Positions 1 through 12,298 of a stretch of 54,023 nucleotides of DNA are shown piece after piece; the first letter of the stretch is position 1; every line of letters starts with the position of its first letter. The notes beneath the pieces are model-generated. The model was not told the DNA's origin, searched no databases, and worked only from the letters and a program-made list of their open reading frames with translations. The stretch lies in contig CM075977.1 of the NCBI GenBank assembly GCA_038087875.1, positions 209,011,978-209,066,000 of the forward strand, read 5' to 3'. Both the position numbers and the translations under genes were made by a program. The stretch comes from Malacoraja senta. Lineage: Eukaryota.

Positions 1-407
1 TTGAATGGAATGCTAATTGCTAGATTCTTGTGCCCAATGTTCCTGGTATATCAATTTCACTATAGCTTCATGATTTATTTTCTTTCACTTTTCTCCTCTT
101 CTCAAGGTTAAAACACCTAACATCATCATATTTGTGCTACTTTATTTATTTTATATTTCTGAGTAGTAGGGCTTACTCAATCTGTTATTCAAATGTTGTT
201 ATCAGGTTATTCTAACTCTTATAAGCATACAATATTGGTACATATTAATTGTGTTATTCACAAGCTCTCAGCAAGCCTGTGAGAGCTCTGCTAAACAGGT
301 TTTGTAATCACCACCTTGTTAAAGACTTATCGAATTAGATTACTTAGACATTACTACATCTACGTTTTTAAAGTTATACTTGTATTAAAGCTGCTCTTAA
401 TATTTTC

Positions 408-615
408 TTTTAGAGATACAGCACGGTAATAGGTCCTTCTGCCCATCAAATCTATGCCAATCATCAATGGCCCCATCAAACTAGTTGCATGTTATTCCAT
501 CTACGCATCTACTCCCTACACATTAGGGGCAATTCAATATAGGTCAATTAACCTACAAAACCGCACATGTTTGCGATGTAGAAGGAAACCAGAGCACTCA
601 GAGAAAACCCACACT
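408..615 (-). mobile_element. SINE 3' fragment (HE1/V-SINE-like)
   Basis: aattaacctacaaaaccgcacatgttt..aggaaaccagagcac..gaaaacccac. Confidence 0.7.
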
Positions 616-824
616 GTTTGATAATACAAGTGATTTCCGTCAGCCTCAGTCATTAAATAAATTGCAACAGTACATAATTGTATGGGGTTGAATTTTTAAT
701 ATAAGACTTTAATTAAGCATATGTATCCATTATTTCACTGACATACAAATTTGTGGTATCTCTCATGTTTCTGTTCTCAAAGCCATATGCTCACCAAAAG
801 TTGCATTGATTGAATTGAATTGCT

Positions 825-1150
825 TGATTGAAAAATACAGCATGGAAACAGGCCCTGCGGCTCACCGAGTCCATGCTGACCATCAGTCACCTGGTCACAC
901 TACTTCTGTGTTATCCCACTTTCATGACCACTTCCAACACACTAGGGGCAATTTACAGAGGTGAATTAACATACTAAACCCTTTTGGAATGTGGATGAAA
1001 ACTGGTGCACCCGGAGGAAAGCCACACACACACACACACATACACAGGGAGAACCTGCACATTCCACACAGACAGCACCCGAGATCAGGATTGAATCTGG
1101 GTCTTTGGCGCCGTGAGGCAACAGTTCTACCAGCTGCACCACTGCTATCA
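825..1150 (-). mobile_element. tRNA-derived SINE (HE1/V-SINE-like)
   Basis: Reverse complement of the 11992 element; contains a (ca)n run. Confidence 0.8.
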
Positions 1151-2059
1151 CCTTATTGTAACTAAGGTTAAATTTCTTAAGAATATTATTTATGAAATTT
1201 ATAACTGATGTACTAATGCAATTTTCAGGGAAATTCCAACCCTCTCACATTCGCAATGAAATACAAAAATATTCTCCCAAAGACAAGGACTGTTTAATTT
1301 CTCCATGTGAAATGCATTCAGATCCTCTGATGATTTGAGTCAGAGCTGCTGACTACTCAGATGAGTTGAACTCAATGGGTTTGAGTTTTGTCAGTTCGGC
1401 ACTGAGCTGCCAGATGGAACATATGTGCAAGTGTGATGCTTCATCTGAGGGACTAAAGATCAATGACATGATCCATCCGGCCCAACTTCAATCACACATC
1501 CTGCTGGCTAACAAAGGCGTTGCAGTGACAGCAGACTAGAAGAAGGCAGTTACCCAAAGCAGCTTAACTGTAATGATGGAAGGTGAATTTTGCAGCTGGT
1601 TGTTCTCTTTAAAAATAGGAATCCTTACAAAGATGAACTGTAAGACAGTTACAGTACACAGATACAGATCTGTACGACAGCTTTACATGGTGCAACCCTC
1701 TAGCCTCTCCTTTACATTTGAACTCTATCAAGACCAAGATCTTGATTGCAGTTTACTTGTGCATGAAAGTCAAGACAATTTTGTATCCTAAAAAATGGTT
1801 ATATTTGCTCTCATTGCTCATTTATTTTGTAGGGATTAAAACCAAATCAATTTTTAAATAAAGAGAAGAAATAATTGTAAATATCTATCGTGTATGAAGA
1901 AGTGGATCCATTTTTGCATAATACCCCAGATCATTCTCATTTTTCCCATCTTTAATCAATCTGCTATATATTTTCCTTTTTTATTTATACTACTGAAGAC
2001 CTGAAGTTTCCAGAACTGATGCTCCAACTGTTTAAATTGTATATCTTGCTCTAAGGAAG

Positions 2060-3640
2060 GTAATACAAGGAACCCAGGATGTCTTGGACCCTTTGGCCTC
2101 ATATTTATTTTTGGGAAAATTGCTGGAGTCGATAATTAGGCAGGGAGGCACTGAACACCTTCAACATTTTCAGCAGGTCAGGCAGAGCCAGTACGAACTT
2201 GTAAAAGGTATGCTATGCTTGGCAAACGTGTTTAGTCTTTTTAAAGATGTACCTAAAATAATGGAGAAGGTCTCTGTATATTTCATTTAGAAGGCACTTG
2301 ATAAGGTCCCTCAATCCAGGTTTTTATCGAAAGTAGTAATATGTGGAAATTATTGGTAGAGTAAAAATTTGGAAGTGGCAGGTGAAAGAGAAGAAGGTTA
2401 AGGGGCAGGAATGAACTGCAGATGCTGGTTTAAACTGAAGATAGATACAAAATGCTCAAGTAACTCAGCAGGTCAGGCAGCATCTCTGGAGGGAAGGAAT
2501 GGGTGATGTTTCGGGTCGAGACCCTTCTGCTATTACCCTCCTGAGGTTAATGGGCAGATCAGCAAGACATGAATAGCAGTGACTGCAAGACCCATGTTGG
2601 GGTCAAATTTTATTTGTGAAATATTTTTAAAAATAACTTAGGTGATGGGAGAAAAAGGATAAAAATCAATGTTGTCGATTACAAATGGAGGTGATGTGGT
2701 ACACAGTGCAGACAGAAACTGCAATCTTAATATATTTATTAATGGTAATAAAATGTAATGTGAGCTTTTCCACTTTGGAGTTAAAAGGGTTGGAATTGGC
2801 AATACTAAAATGCTACAAGCAATATGTGGGAGGAGAGATGAAGGGTCCATGTACATAGATCATTAAAATGTCATGGGCAGGTGCAGTATGTAAATAGAAA
2901 GACTAATGGAATGCTTGACTTTATATCTAGAGGACTAAACCACTGGGGATTGAAATTATTCTGCAATAGTGCAAAGCACTCAATAGACCACACCAAGAAT
3001 CTCGTGAGCAGTTCCAAGGAAAATCTTAGGGAAGATACATTGGCTTTGGAAAAAAAATGTTATGTAGCAAAATAACTCACTGCCTGTAAGAGTGGTTGAG
3101 ACAAAAGTTAATCAGGGCTTTCAAAACAAAATTGGATAGGCATGAGAAGAAATAATATGCGGGCACTTGTGGTTAGAGAGGGGAAGTGGAATTGGCAGGT
3201 TTGCTTAACAAAGAGCTGATATAGCTTAGTTCTGTGATTTTAACCATTTGCTTAGATTGGATTACATAAACTAGCATTGTATTCTCTAAAATATTGTTGT
3301 TCAAGGCATGAAGGATATTTGTAAGGCATTAAGCTTAAGATATCAATTAGATAGATGTAAACTATCTTTGCTCTTTGTAAAGCAAACCTATCAATTCCAA
3401 TTCCCCCTCTCCATCCTTCATGGTTGGAGAGGCCATGACTAGCAGATATAGTTTAAAAATTGGACCCAGGCCTTTCAAGAGTAAACATGGGTAACACTTC
3501 TACATTCAAAGTAGGGTAGACATTTGGAACTCCATTCCTCAGAGTGGAAATGATGCCTGGTCATTTATTAACTTTGAGTTTGAGAACATAGATTTTAGTT
3601 AAGTTGGTCATGTGCAAGTAGGTCACAAATTAGCCATGAC
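2060..3640 (+). mobile_element. Old, highly decayed CR1 LINE remnants
   Basis: Degenerate CR1 ORF2-like stretches (gaaggcacttgataaggtccctca, KTNGMLDFISRG, aacacttctacattcaaagtagggtag..tggaact). Confidence 0.55.
2408..2543 (-). mobile_element. Short Penelope pLTR insertion
   Basis: agaagggtctcgacccgaaacatcacc..gatgctgcc..cagcatctgcagttc. TSD aggttaa(g/t)gggcag at 2395 and 2544. Confidence 0.7.
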
Positions 3641-3867
3641 AATACAAAATACTAGAATAAATCTTAGAAGCTAAGTATACACATCCTTCCATTTGGAAGA
3701 CTAAACTTTTATTTCAATTTGCTCTTTCCTATCATGAACATTCAAAATCAGTTGATTTGTTTCCTCCAATTACGTGTACTAACATCTGAATTCATGGTTT
3801 GGAAATCGCCGTTTGTGCATTCACTCATTGTATGACATGCCAGAGGGTGAAAATCATGAGAGGAATA

Positions 3868-4180
3868 CAGAGTAGGGGAATCGAGGACCAGAGGACATAG
3901 GTTCAAGGTGAAGGGGAAAAGATTTAATATAGGAATCTGAAGGGCAACATTTTCACACAAAAGGTAGTGGGTGTATGGAACGTTGCCAAAGGAGGTAGTT
4001 GAGGCTAGGACTATCCCAATGTTTAAGAAGCAGTTGGACAGGTACATGGATAGGACAGGTTTGTAGGGATATAGACCAAATGTGAGCAGGTGGGACTAGT
4101 GTAGCTGGGACATGTTGGCGAGTGTGGGCAAGTTGGGCCAAAGGGCCTGTTTCCAAACTGTATCACTCTATGACACTATA
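3868..4180 (+). mobile_element. CR1-type LINE 3' fragment, ending ~30 bp from the lectin exon donor
   Basis: accagaggacatagg..ttttcacacaaaaggtagtg..aagggcctgtttcc..ctctatgacactata. Confidence 0.8.
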
Positions 4181-4209
4181 ACTGTTTCCGAATAGTCAAA
4201 AGTACGTAC

Positions 4210-4368
4210 GGTTCACGAAAAGTTGCTCCTCGTGTGTAAGGATGCTAGACAGGTGAGCCCCCTGCAGACGACATTCCTTCTCCGCATCCTCCCAGGTCCG
4301 TCGGTGGCCAAAGTATTTGTAGCAATGTCCTTGGAATTTGTGCCATCCAAAATCACAGTCCTCCGTAT
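4210..4368 (-). CDS. vcan: Versican G3 C-type lectin domain, first exon (159 bp)
   Basis: tttgattgccag|...|gtacgt. Translates [53 protein letters not shown], nearly identical to the start of the versican lectin domain. Not in the ORF track. Confidence 0.96.
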
Positions 4369-4617
4369 CTGGCAATCAAATCAACAGATCCATAAATTTA
4401 CTGAACACTCCATTGCCAATCTTTCCTCGTTAAGTATAGATGCAGAGAACACTCATTTAAATGAGCAATATTTGTGATAACATGCTTGAAGAAATCACAC
4501 AACCGTCCAATACTGAAATACGGTTAAGGTGGTGAAATTTAAATAATTCTATTTCCTCAAATAGCCCACAGTCTTCTACAGCTGTGGTCAAATGTCAAAA
4601 GAAGCTCAGTCTTCTGG

Positions 4618-4837
4618 CAAAACAAGACACAAAGTACTAGAGTAACTCAACAGGTCAGGCAGCATCTATGCAGGACATGGATAGATAATTTTTCGGGTCG
4701 GGACCCTTCTTTAGACGCTGATGAATAGTTCCATCCCGAAACATCACCTATCTACATTCTCCAGATATGCTGCCTTACACATTTAGTTATACCAGCAATT
4801 TTGTGTCTTTTCTGATCTGTAAGTTCTTGTGTCTACT
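4618..4837. mobile_element. Palindromic Penelope-derived insertion (two inverted pLTR arms)
   Basis: Arms gacacaaagtact..gcagcatct / tgctgcc..tttgtgtc with hammerhead-like cores on both strands. TSD gtcttctgg at 4609 and 4838. Confidence 0.7.
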
Positions 4838-5569
4838 GTCTTCTGGTAGTCAGGAGAACTCTGCACTTAAAACAAAAACAGCAAGGGAAAACTGGCATTT
4901 GAAATAGAGCATGATCCATTTCTAAGTTTCACCATAAAATGATGGTTCGCTCGTTATTTATCACAATCAACTTTAGCCAATGCAGTTAAAATATTCATTT
5001 AAAGAAAAACAAGCAAACTGCCAAGTTCATGAATTCATAAAGAAGTTGGCCTCAAATTATATTTTAACATCTGTGCATGTAACCTAACACAATAATATTT
5101 GGTTCTTTGCTCCGTTAATTTAAATGGAGTGTTAACCAGTTTATTTATGTGGTAATATTCACATAACACTAGGAAATTTAGCTCAGGATAAAACTGAGGT
5201 GACTGATTTTTAAAATGCAAGGAGCGAAACCTTACTTCTGAGGTACGTGATGGTCTGAATATGCTACTTGTGAATGCAAGGCTCTAACCAGCAATATTAG
5301 GTCATTGGCATCAAATTCAAATATAGATTTGTATGAGAACCAGCGCCAGCAAGGAGGAACACGAGCCAAAGCATTGCAGAACCAATACAGAAATCCTTTT
5401 ATCATGTCAGTGATAATGGTGGAGTCATCAGGTTAAATTATCTAATCTGTCTCTTTCGAGCATCCAACTATAAGTTTCTCTAGTTAACTTTTTCAAGACA
5501 AAGTTCTTAACAAAACTTAAATTTGAACATTCATCTCATCGCTCAACTGCAAAACCAATCATTTGTGTG

Positions 5570-5666
5570 TATCTGAAGAAGGGACTCGACCCGAAACATC
5601 ACCCATTCCTTATCTCCAGAGATGCTGCCTGTCCCGCTGAGTTACTCCATCTTTTTGTGTCTATCT
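5570..5666 (+). mobile_element. Short Penelope pLTR insertion with hammerhead core
   Basis: CTGAAGAagggactcgacccGAAAcatc. TSD tcatttgtgtg at 5559 and 5667. Confidence 0.75.
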
Positions 5667-6104
5667 TCATTTGTGTGGTGATCTCTGCTAGTGGAAGTAG
5701 TGTCGATACTACTGGTGGCCGCTTTGACTCTGGTGCCCCCGGATACTTCCCCTTGGGGAGATCATTGAAAGACATGGCATTGATTTCAATATGTGGGGTG
5801 GTAGCACATAGCTCATTGCCACCTCAACACAACCACCATCTTTAAAATGTTACGCTGGCATCGCCCAACTGGAAGGGCAGAAATTTACTCCAAGTAAATA
5901 TTGAGAAGATTGAAACCATGATTTTTGTCCTTGCTGCAAAATTCTAGTCAAAGCCATCACTCTCCCTGGCAGCTATCTTGATGCAAAAGCCAGTTTAATT
6001 TTCTCTTAAAATGAATAGATATCCCACTGCAGGTCTTTCCCAGGTTCTGAGCTCAGTTAAACTGTACCTGCCAGAGCAGTTGAAAGACAGTAACAATTTT
6101 GGAA

Positions 6105-7018
6105 CGCCCTTACTTCCTTAGAAGGCTAGGAAGTTTGGCATGTCCCAATCAACTCTCACCAATTTCTACAAATACACCGAAGAAAGCATTTTATCGGGGT
6201 GCATCACAGCATGGTTTGGGAGGAGCTCCATCCAAGACCACAAAAAATTGCAAAGTCAAGTCACATTTATTTATATAGCACATTTAAAAAACAACTCTCA
6301 TTGGCCAAAGTGCTTTACATTTGTTATAAGAATAGTATAAACAAACAAACTACATACATATATACATATAGCCCTCGCTCAGAGGACGCCAAGAAAGGCT
6401 TGGGAGTATAGATATGTTTTTAGTCTTGACTTAAAGGAGTCGATGGAGGGGGCAGTTCTGATGGGAAGGGGGATGCTGTTCCACAGTCTAGGAGCTGCAA
6501 CCGCAAAGGCGCGGTCGCCCCTGAGCTTATGCCTAGACCGCGGGATATTCAGCAACCCCAAAGACTTGTGGACACAGCCCAGACTATCACACAACCATCC
6601 TCCCCTTCCATTGACTCCATTTATACCTCATGCTGCCCCGGCAAGACCACCAGCATAATCAAGGACGGTCGCTCACCTGCCACACCATCTTCACCTTTCT
6701 GTGAAAACGCACACTTTCAGATTCAGGGACAGTTTCTTCCCAGGTGTTATTGGGCAATTGAACCATCCAACCAACAACTAGAGGGAGAGCAGTCCTGAAC
6801 TACTATCTACTTCTTTGGAGACCCTCGGACTATCTTTGATCATACTTTACTGGACTTTATCTTGCACTAAACATTATTCATGTTATTCCCTTTATCATAT
6901 ATCTGTACACCATGAATGGCTCAATTGTAATCATGTATTTTCTTTCCGCTGACTGGTTAGCATGCAACAAAAACTTTTCACTATACCTCGGTACATGTGA
7001 TAGTACACTAATCTAAAC
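6105..7018 (+). mobile_element. Rex-Babar-like LINE 3' fragment interrupted by an L2 fragment
   Basis: TLTNFYKYTEESILSGCITAWFG resembles the 15943 ORF C-terminus. It resumes at ~6562, and its 3' UTR matches 22420-22880 in reverse. Confidence 0.75.
6255..6560 (-). mobile_element. L2-type LINE 3' fragment nested in the Rex-Babar fragment
   Basis: LLNIPRSRHKLRGDRAFAVAAPRLWNSIPLPIRTAPSIDSFKSRLKTYLY is an L2 ORF2 C-terminus. Tail reads tataaataaatgtgacttgactt. Confidence 0.8.
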
Positions 7019-8124
7019 AAAATCAATATGCAATGCAATGCATAGACTGAACAACAGGAGTAGATTCAGGTTCCATTGGGTGTGAAACCTGTGCTCTGGA
7101 TCTGACTCCTGTGTCGGCAACTGGTGTTTGGCATACAATCGGCACTACCAGCTTTACCCATGGTTACTGCTAAAAATCTACCTCTTCATTCATATCCAAA
7201 TCATGAGCTGCACTTCCAGTAAAGTAAGCTTATGTAAAAAAAAAACTTGCAAATTAAGAGGGGTTTTAATACAAATAAATCTGTTTCCAAGCTGTAATAA
7301 AGTTGAAATAAATATCAATGCTGGCAGCGTGCCTTCCCAATTAGTGAAGCGGAGAAGAGTATAGTGCACCTCCCCCACATCGACACAAACCTTTAATAAC
7401 TCAACACCAGTGAAAGGAGAATCAGTAAAGTTCACCGGAAGGTTATTTTTTTTTTAAAAAGGGTAGTTAGTTGTGTCACAAAATAAGAAATTGTGAACCA
7501 GGTAAATATGTGTTTTTTGCTTGTATTATGTTTTGTAAGTTTTCCCTCAATAGGGATTCCTAATTTCCCCGAGCTCTTGATTTTAAGCATATCAGGTTTA
7601 GTGGACGGATATTTTGGGAACAATTCTCTGCTTCCCAAATGAAACATTTCCCAATGCATTTGTGACGGCCTGCTCTTTTATCTCGAAGCACAAAGTGGTT
7701 CCTGAGAACAGAGCACTCCTCCCACCCCCCCCCCCCCCCCATCCCACCCCCCCCCCCTCCCTCCTTCGCAGAGCTCAGATTTATTGCCTGGCCCCATTTA
7801 GGGACCTCTCCATCATCCCACGGGAAGGAAGTGGAGTGTAACAATAAAGCCTGTGGTAAGTCTAAGAAACCATAAGTCGTGTCCAGAGAGTTACCTACTA
7901 TGCACTGGAGAAAAGAGGCAGGCTAAATATTTTTTTATGATAAATGCTAAAATCTTTTCAGAACATCATGTTCTAGCTTATTTAAAATGAAAAATAAATA
8001 GATCGGGTGGAAATTAAAACATTTGGGCTGAATTTTAGGAATTAGATATCATACAGAATAAATCCAAATAAAATATTAAACTAATATCCCATTGATAAGG
8101 AATGAATTTATATTAGTCCCGATT

Positions 8125-8392
8125 GATTGAAAGATATGGAAACAGGCCCTTCAGCCCACCGAGTCCACACTGACCATCAATCTCCTATTCACACTGGTTC
8201 CATGTTATCCCACTTTCGTTCCCTGCACACTCGGGGCAATGTACAGAGGCCAATTAACCTACAAACCCACATGTCTTTGGGATGTGGGAGGAAACCAGAG
8301 CAGGCAGAGAAAAACCCACGCACTCATAGAGAGAACATGCAAACATTACACAGGTAGTCACGATTGAACCCATGTCTCCAGCACTGTGAGGC
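8125..8392 (-). mobile_element. tRNA-derived SINE (HE1/V-SINE-like)
   Basis: Same family as 825-1150. Confidence 0.8.
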
Positions 8393-8517
8393 ATTAAAAG
8401 TGAATGGGGAAATTTATTTGAGTACTCTGCATGTTGAAAGAGCAGATCCATCTACAGGGAATGGTCTTTAACTACTCATGATATGTCAGAATATTGTGAG
8501 TTAAAGTTACATCATAG

Positions 8518-9020
8518 AGAATGTGCAGAAAGGAACTGCAGATGCTGGTTTAAACCGAAGATAGACACAAAATGCTGGAGTAATGCAGAGGGACAGGCAG
8601 CATCAATGGAGAGAAGGGATGGATGACGCTTTAGGTCAAGACCCTTCTTCAGACTGAGAGTCAGGGGAGGGTGAGATACAAAGATAAGGAAGTATAAGGT
8701 GTGAGAACGAGACATCAAAGGGGGTGGAGATGAAGGAAAATGTAGCATAGATCACTGTTCGCGAGGAGAAGGTAACAACAAAGCAAACAGAGATAAAATG
8801 TAATCAGGAACAGTCAGACTGGTCAAAGAACTGGGAAGGGGGAGGGATGGAGAGAGAGGGAATGCAAGGGTTACTTGAAGTTAGAGAAGTCAATATTCAT
8901 ACCACTGGGGTGTAAGCTGCCCCAGCGACATATGAGGAGTTGCTCCTCCAATTTGTGTTGGGCCTCTCCAGAGATGCTGCCTGTCCCTCTGAGTTACTCC
9001 AGCATTTTGTGTCTATCTTC
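8518..9020 (-). mobile_element. Penelope-like element 3' fragment (GIY-YIG C-terminus, 3' UTR/pLTR, inverted pLTR piece)
   Basis: 8966-8871 translates EAQHKLEEQLLICRWGSLHPSGMNIDFSNFK* (PLE P-x-G-(L/M)-N end motif). Decayed hammerhead core at ~8620-8655, inverted pLTR copy at 8965-9020, TSD acatcatag at 8509 and 9021. Confidence 0.8.
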
Positions 9021-9482
9021 ACATCATAGTGACTTGAGCACAAAACTTTAAGCTGATAAGGTAATGGGCTGTTAAACTTCAGTTCCATCTACTCTTTCAG
9101 ATAGATGTAGCAGATTGTAATTGAAGAGGCATGTTGTCCTCATAGTCCTGGCAAATATCTATCTCTTAAACACTATCACTAAAGTTGATTATTAATACAC
9201 TTATGGAAGTTTGCTCAGGGAAACTTAGCTGTTACATTTCCTACAGCACAGCCGTCTTATGCCCATCAAAAGTACTTTGTTGGTTTTTGTTCAACAGGTT
9301 ACAAAGAGCAGTAAACCCTGATATCATCAAGATAATAATTTCCATTAATATGGTAATGTTACCACAGTGCTTATTAGGGTGGTTTTACAGTATGGTTGGA
9401 TCTTTCCAATGTATCAAATGATCCTGGCTATTAAAATTAATTGGTGCTTGCCAATAGGCATCTAATGTTATCTTTATATAAG

Positions 9483-9730
9483 GTAAAGGTAGACAAAAAT
9501 GCTGGCGAAACTCAGCGGGTGAGGCAGCTTCTATGGAGAGAAGGAGTAGGCGACATTTCGGGTCGAGACCCTTCTTCAGACTGATGTCGGGGGGGGGGGG
9601 CGCGATGGGAAAAAGAAAGGAAGAGGCGGAGATAGTCGGCTTGTGGGAAAGCTGGGAAGGGGAAAGGGAAGGAAGGAGATAGCAAGGACTATCTGAAATT
9701 AGAGTCAACGTTCATATCGCTGGGGTGTAC
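9483..9730 (-). mobile_element. Penelope-like element 3' fragment with hammerhead core
   Basis: Ends ..HPSDMNVD..NFR*, then cagtCTGAAGAagggtctcgacccGAAAtgtc at 9583-9551. Confidence 0.75.
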
Positions 9731-10037
9731 TTTGATGTAAATTCAGCCAGAATCTAGCTCCTTTGTGTCTTGTCAAGTCAATGGACAATTGCATTTATAT
9801 AACGCTTTTCACACTGCAAGACATTCCAAAGCACTTAGTACCAGTGTAAACAAGGTCTCGTATCTCTTATTTTCTTATGACATTGAATAAAATAATTTGG
9901 CCCATTGAATCTACACCCTCCCAAATTAAAATTATTATTTCCCTCTAACCTATTCTTCCTTGCATTAACATCAACTCCCCCCCCCCCCCCCCCCGATTCA
10001 TTCTCCTGCAAGCGACTCACTACTAAAGGTTGAAATG

Positions 10038-10232
10038 AAGAACTGCAAGTGCTGGTTAAAGGACACAAAGTGCTGGAGTAACTCAGCGGGTCAGGCAGCA
10101 TCTCTGGAGAACATGGATAGGTGATGTCTTCTGATAGTCTGAAGAAGGGTCTTGAACTGAAACGTTACCCATCCATGTTCTCCATCGATGCTGCCTGACT
10201 CACTGAGTTACTTCAGCACTATGTGTCCTTTT
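10038..10232. mobile_element. Palindromic Penelope-derived insertion
   Basis: Inverted arms around tagtCTGAAGAagggtcttgaactGAAAcgttacc (10135-10170). Confidence 0.7.
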
Positions 10233-10234
10233 GC

Positions 10235-10425
10235 ACACAAGGGGTAATTTAGAGTCACCAATTAAATTAAGTTTTAGGAGGAAGATACTGTAGCATCTGA
10301 GGAAAGCACGTGCAGTCACTGGAGAATGTGTAAACTCCACACAGGCAGGACCCAAAGTCAGCATTGAGAACAGCTCACTGAAGCTGTGCATCAGCAACTG
10401 TATCTGCTATGCTACCATGACACCG
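10235..10425 (-). mobile_element. Decayed V-SINE-like element
   Basis: ggagaatgtgtaaactccacacagg..gctgtg..cagcaact. Confidence 0.6.
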
Positions 10426-10771
10426 CTTCATAGTAATCCTGTTTAAGATATTATGGATGTTTGCCAGTAGAAAGTGAATATATTTCCTTCTCTGCTAGAT
10501 TCTATCCCTCCTTTTCTGGGATTCTGTTTCTTCCTTGTATCATCAAAAGTTCATACATTCTAATTTGCCTCGAATGATTTTGTTATAACTCTTCATGCCA
10601 TCATCTAGATCAAACGCTTACTAAGTTTCTTGATTACCACAGATTTCAACTAAAGTAGAGGATTTTTAATGAATCAGTTTCATATGAGCAACGGGCATAA
10701 CGTTTATGTTTATAAAATTTTAAAGCATGTGACAGGGGTAATTATTGCATTTATGAAAAATAACAATATTT

Positions 10772-11010
10772 TAGAAACAGAAAATAGGTGCCGGAGTAGG
10801 CCATTCGTCCCTTCAAGGCAGCAGTGCCATTCAATATGATCATGGCTGATCATCCAAAATCAGTACCCTGTTCTGCTTTCTCCCCATATCCCTCAATTCC
10901 GTTAGCCCTAAGAGCTATATCTAACTCTCTTCTCATTGTTTCTTAAATGTTGGGATAGTCCCAGCCTCAACTATCTCCTCTGGCAGCTTGTTCCATACAC
11001 CCACCACCTG
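10772..11010 (-). mobile_element. CR1 3' end fragments
   Basis: Reverse complement of the 20490-20650 and 3990-4030 sequences. Confidence 0.75.
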
Positions 11011-11991
11011 TCTGAATATGGGCCGTATATATAGATGTCTGAATGTAGGCAATAGGTCCAAACCATGCAGTGTATTGTAAATGCAAGTTAGTGTGAAATG
11101 ATACTACAATCAGCCAGGGAGCTCAGCAGCTTGAGCAAATTTTGTGGGGAGGGGAAGAAATGGTTGACATGTCCTTAACGCACCTCCCCAACTAATGGTG
11201 CTCGACCTACAGAGTTTCTCTTGCAGATTGTCTTTTGCTCGAGATTCCAGCATCTGCAGTCTCTTGTGTGATATGATGCTTTTAAAATGAATAACATTTT
11301 TAATTCCCTAATGTACACACAAGCCTGTTAAAGGAAATGAGCAGAGCTTAAAGACCACCATCTAATTTAAAAGTGGCCTGACAGACCATGTGGGTCCAAT
11401 CAAGTTAGAAAGGAAATTCATTATCCAAGTTGAAACAGACAGTATTTTAAAAAGAACTAATACCAACTAATAGCAACTCTTTTTGAAGAAAAATCTGAAA
11501 TGTACATTTGAAAGATTGACTTGATGAATGCAGCCTACTTCAAGGTGATATAGTCCTCAGAGCTCAATGCTTTAAAAAAAACAAGATTTTGACATACATT
11601 TTCAATTATAGCTAAACAGCAGCATTGCAGTATCAAAATTAGTAGCGTTAATTGAGGAATAAATATTGAGGTAACTCGCCCGCTCTTCAAAACAGGATCA
11701 CAAGATCTGGCTTAACCCCCCCCCCCCACCCCCACCCATCTCAATCAATCTGATGGTTTGTCCTGCTTCTCTTTTCCCGCTTATCCCCCCCCCTACAATC
11801 AGTCTCTGTTTATCAGAGAGATATGACAGAGCCTCTGTTTAATGCCTCGCCTAAAAGACAACGACTTTGAGAGTACAGTTTCACCTCTTACCAGAGTGTA
11901 AAGCTAGATCTTCATGCTCAAGTCTCTGGATAAGGATTTGAACCCAATGATTCAAATAATTATAATTATGGATTTAGTTTACTATATTCGA

Positions 11992-12298
11992 GGCGGCACA
12001 GTGGCACAGAGGTAGAGTTGCTGCCTTACAGCGCCAGAGATCCAGGTTCGATCCTGACAACGGGGTGGCTATCTGTACGGAGTTTGTACAGTCTCCCTGT
12101 GACCACGTGTGTTTCTGTGGTCCAGTTTCCTCCCATATTCCGAAGACATGCAGGTGTGTAGGTTAATTGGCTTTTGTAAATTGCCCCTAGTGTGTGGGTT
12201 AGGAAACAGGGGTAACATAGAACTAGTGTGAACAGGTGATAGTTGGTCAGTGCAGTCATGGTGGGCCGATGGGCCTTTTTTTCACAATGTGTATCTAA
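11992..12298 (+). mobile_element. tRNA-derived SINE (HE1/V-SINE-like)
   Basis: A box tggcacagaggt, B box ggttcgatcc (12045), V-core ctgtacggagtttgtac..tctccctgtgacc, CR1-like tail, TSD actatatt. Confidence 0.85.

Noticed and set aside
1-4209. Remaining lectin, sushi and terminal exons
   Set aside because: I found no WIGLND, ENWRPNQPD or CGQPP-like coding sequence by eye; they presumably lie beyond the left edge.
11992-12065. tRNA gene
   Set aside because: The A/B boxes belong to a SINE head, followed by the V-core and LINE-derived tail, with multiple diverged copies in the window.
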